Assembly (NCBI GenBank): GCA_037144235.1 | Contig: JBAWXC010000001.1 | Coordinates: 1-29,806, forward strand | Reading direction: 5' to 3' | Source of the DNA: Candidatus Tayloriibacteriota bacterium | Lineage (GTDB): Bacteria > Patescibacteriota > Minisyncoccia > Phycocordibacterales > PALSA-1337 | DNA: 29,806 nt | Shown here: one piece after another, positions 25,401 to 29,806 of the stretch | Position numbering within the stretch: the first letter of the stretch is position 1 | How the letters are laid out: the number at the start of each line of letters is the position of its first letter | Program-made: the position numbers and the translations under genes | The notes under the pieces: generated by a model | Database searches by the model: none | Seen by the model: only the letters and a program-made list of their open reading frames with translations | Told to the model about the DNA's origin: nothing

Positions 25401-26190
25401 CAGTTTCAGTAGTAATTGCAGACGCAAGTGACGATGAAGCACTTGTCACGTCAGACTGTACTGCAAGTGATCCTGAATTGAGACCTGCACCAGTGAGAGT
25501 ACGTGTCGTTGCACTCCAAACATCAGTTGCCAAGGTTCCGAAGGTGGTGAGGGAGCGTGTACCAGCAGACCAAACCGCTGTTGCAATATCTGATACCAAG
25601 GTACCAAAACTCGTCAATGTACGACCTGTATAATTCCATACGAGAGATGGTAATGATGAAGCCAAAGATGAAGAAGCGTCTACAACTGTTGCCGCAATAG
25701 AACTTGAAGCGTTACCGACAACTATATTTGTATTAGCATTCACAACTGAGGCAATAGATGAAGTCGCAGAACTATTCCAGACACTATTTGCAATATCTGT
25801 AGTTGAAGCACTGACATATCCAATCGTAAAAGTCTTGTCCAAGTTAGCCAGATCACCTCCCGCTACACTTCCACATGTCATGGTAGCTGGCCAGATACCC
25901 TGAGCTGTTAATGTTGTCGTACTGTAATAATGCCAACCAGTAGATAAGGCTGTCATAGGAACACTCGAAGCTACGATACTATTTGAAGGATTGTAAATAG
26001 TTATGGTACAAGGAGAAGTCGTAGCAACCAAGTTATCGTCATACACGAACTCACCTATTATGATCGTATCACCAGGAGCATATTTGTTTGTAGCGGCATG
26101 AACATGAGCCAATCCAATAAGGCCAAAAAAAATACATGCGCTTATACACAAAAATATACCGCATGTGTTTTTGTATACATTTCTAATCAT
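22420..26190 (-). CDS. Large secreted Ser/Thr-rich repeat protein (1256 aa) with C-terminal dockerin (paired EF-hand) domain
   Basis: Signal peptide ending HVHA, ten K[TA]KTD[TS]IxW repeats, VWxxxxRxLT repeats and a Gly linker. C-terminal ADFNRDGKVNSIDFSILL / VDINKDGKVNAVDFSILL. Confidence 0.85.
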   Translation of the reverse strand: MIRNVYKNTCGIFLCISACIFFGLIGLAHVHAATNKYAPGDTIIIGEFVYDDNLVATTSPCTITIYNPSNSIVASSVPMTALSTGWHYYSTTTLTAQGIWPATMTCGSVAGGDLANLDKTFTIGYVSASTTDIANSVWNSSATSSIASVVNANTNIVVGNASSSIAATVVDASSSLASSLPSLVWNYTGRTLTSFGTLVSDIATAVWSAGTRSLTTFGTLATDVWSATTRTLTGAGLNSGSLAVQSDVTSASSSLASAITTETANVNTNTNSQVASAISSINAHTDLASTSLAAITLAVKTKTDTINWSDVTTVKANVATLITEIGTGNISAIKTKTDSIAWSDITGLVTTSGQIKAKTDTIAWVDVTGIKTKTDTINWSDVTGIKTKTDTIAWADIAALSTQLSNASSSLGATLATANTNINTTNANVLAASSSLGSAITTETTNVNTNTNSQVVSAITAINSHTDSQFTTGISTINNHTDATVLTASTSLASTIPLAVWSSGSRSLTTFGTLVADVWANSTRTLTSVGSTLTASDVWSYATRNLTDASLTSGSLATAANVLNASSSLAASINAGTTAVNSHTDSQVASAISSINAHTDLASTSLAAITLAVKAKTDTINWSDVTTVKANAATLITENGTSNISAIKTKTDSIAWSDVTGLVTSNGLIKAKTDTIAWGDVTGIKTKTDTIDWTNVTGIKTKTDTITWTDIAALSTQLSNASSSLGATLATANTNINTTNANVLAASSSLGSTLSSLVASVASIPANVWSYSTRTLSSAGNLATDIWNSATRTLTSLTLSSASPWTVTTSDFGSVVAGGNYLATVNTIYNGTLTDSLSLPTVVVYDPSRNIIANNVAMTRVATGTYSYSYTTPGNAPAGTWETVFSANVETGKTLPGNDYWTVVTTPAQVIINNISNTVTPNISANITITNEGLSGNEYQYQWCVVSDLNDPCGSGHNVFDAVAAKYINAGQDFNTTLTATVPNAGTYYFKVIAYFGTESSISYRSFTATAPTNTGGNSGGGGGGGGGSGSSGAPVSTNTNSDIYAVPVTVATVGSTKFDSNQAGTVKATTVLGGTLTVAVSQNTISTPSVITVTPIVENNPTKPVVPVNPGLLEAANMVFDIKSSNNQTQFSQPITLTFKYNNAQINGLIENTLKVYWYNEKTKKWEVLPTTLDTYTKILTATVNHFSKFGIFGQVKAGNKADFNRDGKVNSIDFSILLYFWKTKSPFSNPSVDINKDGKVNAVDFSILLYNWGK
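23939..25377. repeat. Intragenic direct duplication (~500-bp copies, 942-bp period)
   Basis: About 23939-24435 aligns to about 24881-25377 at a constant 942-bp offset; e.g. CAAGGACATTTGCATTGGTTGTATTGATATTGGTATTAGCTGTAGCAAGAGTTGCGCCGAGTGA is in both copies. Confidence 0.9.
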
Positions 26191-26932
26191 GATTTACGTC
26201 TATTATATCAGATGTTCTCCTATAAGAAGAATTGATCCATATCGTGAGTTGATACAGAAGAACCAAAGGTAACGCTTCGATCAATGTCGAGAATATATCA
26301 GGCGGAGGAAGGAACCCGACAAAAATAAATATCATTGCTATAGCATAAAATCTCTTATCTCTCAGGAAATCTACACTCAACAATCCCATTCTTATGAGGA
26401 ACGTAAGCACTATCGGAAATTGAAAGAATAGTCCTAAACACAAGGACGCAATTATTATTTGTGACATAAAACTACTAATATCCCACACGTTTTTTATGCC
26501 AAAGGCGAGATTTATAGTAGAAATAGAATTCAAGTAAAAAAACAATATTCCTACACAGTACGAAAAACCAATAAGAAACAACGTGAATCCTGATGGTAAT
26601 AGTATAAAAAATAATTTCTTCTCATCTTTATTCAAGCCATCTTTGATGAAATCATAGATATGATATATGACGACCGGAATACAGACGATGATGCCACTAT
26701 ACAGACCAACTTTCGTCGATAGATCCAAGAACTGAAACGGCGATGTTGTCACTATAGATACATCACCGAGATTAAAGATACTGATTATTCCCTTGAGGAT
26801 ATTACCCGCTTCAAAGAAACCACAAACAAAAGAGACAGCAAAAAATATAGCTGTACTGAACAACTTCTTTCTCATATGTTCGAAATATTCACTATAACCA
26901 GAGAATTTTTCTTTAAATGTTTCCATGGGCAA
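26183..26932 (-). CDS. tatC: Twin-arginine translocase subunit TatC-like protein
   Basis: EHMRKKL, TSPFQF, IYHIYDFIKDGLNKDEKK (F and E spaced like E. coli F94/E103), GLFFQFP and FLPPPD...LYQL, with about six TM helices. Confidence 0.85.
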   Translation of the reverse strand: MPMETFKEKFSGYSEYFEHMRKKLFSTAIFFAVSFVCGFFEAGNILKGIISIFNLGDVSIVTTSPFQFLDLSTKVGLYSGIIVCIPVVIYHIYDFIKDGLNKDEKKLFFILLPSGFTLFLIGFSYCVGILFFYLNSISTINLAFGIKNVWDISSFMSQIIIASLCLGLFFQFPIVLTFLIRMGLLSVDFLRDKRFYAIAMIFIFVGFLPPPDIFSTLIEALPLVLLYQLTIWINSSYRRTSDIIDVNHD

Positions 26933-26945
26933 ATAAAATAATCTG

Positions 26946-28067
26946 CTACGCCCTATTTCTTCTTATGCGGATTTTATTATAAGCCTGGGTAGTACTTGCC
27001 TCAGCATCTTGAGTTGAACTTGCGTTTGTTGTTGTACTAGAAGCTGCAGGTGGAACAGGGGTCGCTGGTGTACTTGAGGCAGAAACTGATTGTGTACTTG
27101 TAGCTGAAGTCGTAGAAGCCACATCTGTTGTACTACTTGCTGTTGGTGATGTTGAAGTTGCGACAGGAATTGTGGTCGTCGCCACTGGCAGTGTCGAAGA
27201 AGCTGTTACATATATTGAAGTAGAATCTGTCGATGTAGCATTACTTTGCGGAGTCGAATTCGCTGTCGTTGTTGCTGTATTCTGATTTGAGGTAGTCGCT
27301 GTGTCTTGTGTTGAAGATGCGGCTACAAAATTGATTGGTGGTGGTAATGATATTGGTAAAGATTCTGTACTCGTAGCAGTAGTACTTGTTGCCACATCTG
27401 TAATAGTAGGTGTGATTAGAACTTCTGGAGGAACTATGCGATGACGATTGAGCCATTCTGCAACAGCTGCCACCCCTTCTGCCCATGATCCGAATGTTTG
27501 TGTAGAAGTCCCTGTATTGCCTACGTTGCCTGGATTGAACGTCTTTGCACCCACGCCTAATGTACCGAAATTTGAATCATTTCTCATAATTGCCAACAAC
27601 AAATACAGATCGATATTGTAATTTTGTGCTGCGGCATAAACCATATTCCCTGTCAGAGGACTTCCTGGAGCTACACTCTGTATATAGGTATCAATATCTC
27701 CTGTATTGACGAACGTTGGCATAGAGCTCAATATATTCAATATCTTTTGTTCATAGAGAACGTCAGTAGCATATGCAGATATATTGTATCCATTGATAAC
27801 TGCATTTGCTGATGGACCTTGAGTCTGATTTTGTATAGCTTGAACACCGCTCGCAACAACTGCTGCTGGTGTAACATTGTTAACGGTTGCAGCTTGGGTG
27901 ACATCAGTGAGTAGATTGAGTTGAAGCAACGTATTATTTACACCGAGCAATTCCTTGTCTATTGCATTCATACCTTCGAGATCTCCAACCGAAAAAGCTT
28001 GGGCCTTGGCATTATTCAAGATAATTACTTTCTTCTGTAAGATCTGTATTAAATAAGGTATATCCAT
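26946..28067 (-). CDS. Lysozyme-like (GH73/SLT-like) domain protein with long Ser/Thr-rich tail
   Basis: SPLTGNMVYAAAQNYNIDLYLLLAIMRNDSNFGTLG...NPGNV...FGSWAEGVAAVAEWL. No signal peptide seen. Confidence 0.6.
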   Translation of the reverse strand: MDIPYLIQILQKKVIILNNAKAQAFSVGDLEGMNAIDKELLGVNNTLLQLNLLTDVTQAATVNNVTPAAVVASGVQAIQNQTQGPSANAVINGYNISAYATDVLYEQKILNILSSMPTFVNTGDIDTYIQSVAPGSPLTGNMVYAAAQNYNIDLYLLLAIMRNDSNFGTLGVGAKTFNPGNVGNTGTSTQTFGSWAEGVAAVAEWLNRHRIVPPEVLITPTITDVATSTTATSTESLPISLPPPINFVAASSTQDTATTSNQNTATTTANSTPQSNATSTDSTSIYVTASSTLPVATTTIPVATSTSPTASSTTDVASTTSATSTQSVSASSTPATPVPPAASSTTTNASSTQDAEASTTQAYNKIRIRRNRA

Positions 28068-28076
28068 AAAAATATA

Positions 28077-29806
28077 TTAGTAGAATAACAATTGTTTAAA
28101 GCATTCTACGTTTGAATGACGATTGAGCCATAGGTATTTGAGACCATCTGCAGTCGTGAATATTTCCATACGATTGCCCAGTATTGCTGTACCTGCAGTA
28201 TAAGGATACATGCCCGCACCGTGTATTGTCGATTTATCGACATCGAGATAATACACACGCTGAGTTACTTCTTTTGTGAAATAGATGCGATCACCACCAT
28301 CATATGTGTACATAGATCCTGTAGTGAGTGTTTCGAACTGTGGAGTTGTAGACATGAGATCCCATGAATCTGTCTGAATATTCAATCTATCAAAACCGAG
28401 AACACCTCCACCTCTTGGAACAAAGATGTAACTACCACGTCTAGTTGTGTCCGACATGCCGAAAGCCCAAGTCATGGCTATACCTGCACCTTTTACTGGA
28501 GCTTGGAGAATAGCGTAAGGGGTAGAACCAGTTGCTCCTGCTGTTGCGGCTGAAAATGTTAAAGTGTTACCAGTGTTAGCTGTAATAGTCAATTCCTGAT
28601 ACTGACCTGTTCCACCGAGGAACTTTAGTTTTCTGTTCACAAAAGCATTTGTTGGCCAGAATGTACCGGTAACAGTTGCACCAGATAGAGTCGTAGTAGG
28701 TACAGATGAAACTGTGAATGTAGTACCACTGTTTATAGCTGTCACCTGAACAGACGTGACGTTCGTACCACCTCCAGAGACAAATGCTCCTGTACCTCCA
28801 GTCACCGCAAGATACATACCGACTTGCAGACCAGATGTTTGGTTACCAGATCCTGATATAGTGACCGTGGTACCAGAACTTGAACAAGAAGTAGCTGCAG
28901 ATGTCCACAATTTTGTAGTATCAACAAGAGTTGTAGTTGATTGAGTACCAACAGCGACTCCTCCATCAATAGCACCAATGCAATTTTTATAAGCAATTTG
29001 CATCGGTGAAGTGATCACATAACGAGACACTGCCTGAGTAGGAGCTGTACCTGCAACAGCAAAGAACAATGTGTTGGAAGTATTTGCGATAACATACGCA
29101 GAAGTAACGGCAGCAATACCAGTTGCCTGTGCTACCGCAGCTGTTGTATATGTCACCACTGATCCGGCAAATTGATTTGTTATCCAACTCTTTGAAGCAT
29201 CAACAAGAGTGGTCGTGGACTGAGCAGTGACGGTAATGTTTGCACTACCAGCACCAACACTATACGTAAAAGTGTTGGCACCAGTAACGGTAATCGTCGC
29301 TGTAATGTTGTTGAGAGATGCACCAGCTCCCGTATCACCTGCAATAGTTATACTCTGACCTGTTTTGAAGTTGTGAGGATTGACGGTAGTTATGGTCATC
29401 GTTGGGTTTACATAGGAACCTGATGATACGGCTATAGGTGGATAGTCAGAGAATCGGGCAGTAACACCTGCGGCGGCACCATAGTCTTCCATGCGACCAG
29501 TTGTGATAACATCTGAGGCTATATTGTAATTAAATACTGTAGCTGATGCTCCAAATGCAAAATAAAGTTTATCTGGATCACCTTGTATTTCATAAATAGA
29601 GGTATTATCTGGAGTCGTGGTCCAGTTTGGCACAACAGCTATCACTCCTCCGCCTGGAGTCTGATATGTTCCCTGTATAGAACGAACTTGACCTTTACCA
29701 GTACCACTCGTTATACGTACAGCGAGATTGTTCCATCTGTTAGTTGTCCAACCGGTCTTCGTTGAATCAGTGAGTGTTGCAACACCTGTGCCCGTAATAG
29801 TCGTAC
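28077..29806 (-). CDS. Large Thr/Gly-rich beta-repeat protein resembling phage virion/tail-associated proteins; 5' end lies outside the window
   Basis: The frame is open upstream of the track's GTG at 29645 to the window edge (…TLTDSTKTGWTTNRWNNLAVRITSGTGKGQVRSI…). It has repeated TTLVDxxKxW units, a TTVNPHNFKTGQSITIAG module and a propeller-like C-terminus. Confidence 0.7.
   Translation of the reverse strand, partial: TTITGTGVATLTDSTKTGWTTNRWNNLAVRITSGTGKGQVRSIQGTYQTPGGGVIAVVPNWTTTPDNTSIYEIQGDPDKLYFAFGASATVFNYNIASDVITTGRMEDYGAAAGVTARFSDYPPIAVSSGSYVNPTMTITTVNPHNFKTGQSITIAGDTGAGASLNNITATITVTGANTFTYSVGAGSANITVTAQSTTTLVDASKSWITNQFAGSVVTYTTAAVAQATGIAAVTSAYVIANTSNTLFFAVAGTAPTQAVSRYVITSPMQIAYKNCIGAIDGGVAVGTQSTTTLVDTTKLWTSAATSCSSSGTTVTISGSGNQTSGLQVGMYLAVTGGTGAFVSGGGTNVTSVQVTAINSGTTFTVSSVPTTTLSGATVTGTFWPTNAFVNRKLKFLGGTGQYQELTITANTGNTLTFSAATAGATGSTPYAILQAPVKGAGIAMTWAFGMSDTTRRGSYIFVPRGGGVLGFDRLNIQTDSWDLMSTTPQFETLTTGSMYTYDGGDRIYFTKEVTQRVYYLDVDKSTIHGAGMYPYTAGTAILGNRMEIFTTADGLKYLWLNRHSNVECFKQLLFY

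Noticed and set aside
5007-29765. Remaining short ORFs in the track that overlap the called genes on either strand
   Set aside because: They lack recognisable motifs and lie inside or across longer, well-supported CDSs.
1-29806. Alternative genetic code (TGA=Gly as in Gracilibacteria/Absconditabacteria) or Sec recoding
   Set aside because: Recognisable genes are full length under code 11, and TGA falls at natural ends (e.g. 11985-11987, 12025-12027, 3620-3622).
19932-29806. Apparent AT enrichment of the right third as proof of horizontal transfer
   Set aside because: This is only a visual impression, confounded by Ser/Thr-rich and membrane proteins. It needs computed GC3 and codon-usage statistics, and no integrase, tRNA or att site was seen.

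Overview
A 29.8 kb bacterial window read with genetic code 11 (TGA is a stop). It is inferred to come from a Patescibacteria/CPR (Parcubacteria-like) genome, based on a stand-alone VirD4-like ATPase, cohesin-domain surface proteins and scarce Shine-Dalgarno motifs. No rRNA, tRNA, CRISPR array, transposase or integrase was recognised. (1) 1-5.4 kb: a partial VirD4/TraG-like ATPase, a DUF4015 glycoside hydrolase-like gene, rsmI, DUF1653 and orphan ORFs. (2) 5.4-13.8 kb, the most interesting region: an unusual peptidoglycan-related locus. It holds an ATP-grasp ligase, an NlpC/P60-like peptidase, mraY with a ~45-aa loop insertion, a cysteine-free ATE/Bpt-like aminoacyl-tRNA transferase, an Mpl/MurC-like ligase, a fold-type-II PLP enzyme, a four-helix-bundle gene and a degenerate MurD. 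It also holds a 57-aa LysW-like zinc-ribbon ORF ending in -DEGK that the supplied ORF track missed. A family of TTTTCAAGGTTAAA inverted repeats punctuates this region. (3) 13.8-19.9 kb: radC, pyk and a DUF2339/DUF3999-like pair. (4) 19.9-29.8 kb: a tightly packed minus-strand run encoding a phage-virion-like protein, a lysozyme-like protein, an orphan TatC, a 1256-aa repeat protein with a C-terminal dockerin and two membrane-anchored cohesin proteins. Two ~120-bp elements with long inverted-repeat arms sit just upstream of the virD4-like and radC promoters. All family calls come from motif recognition by eye; no database search was run.
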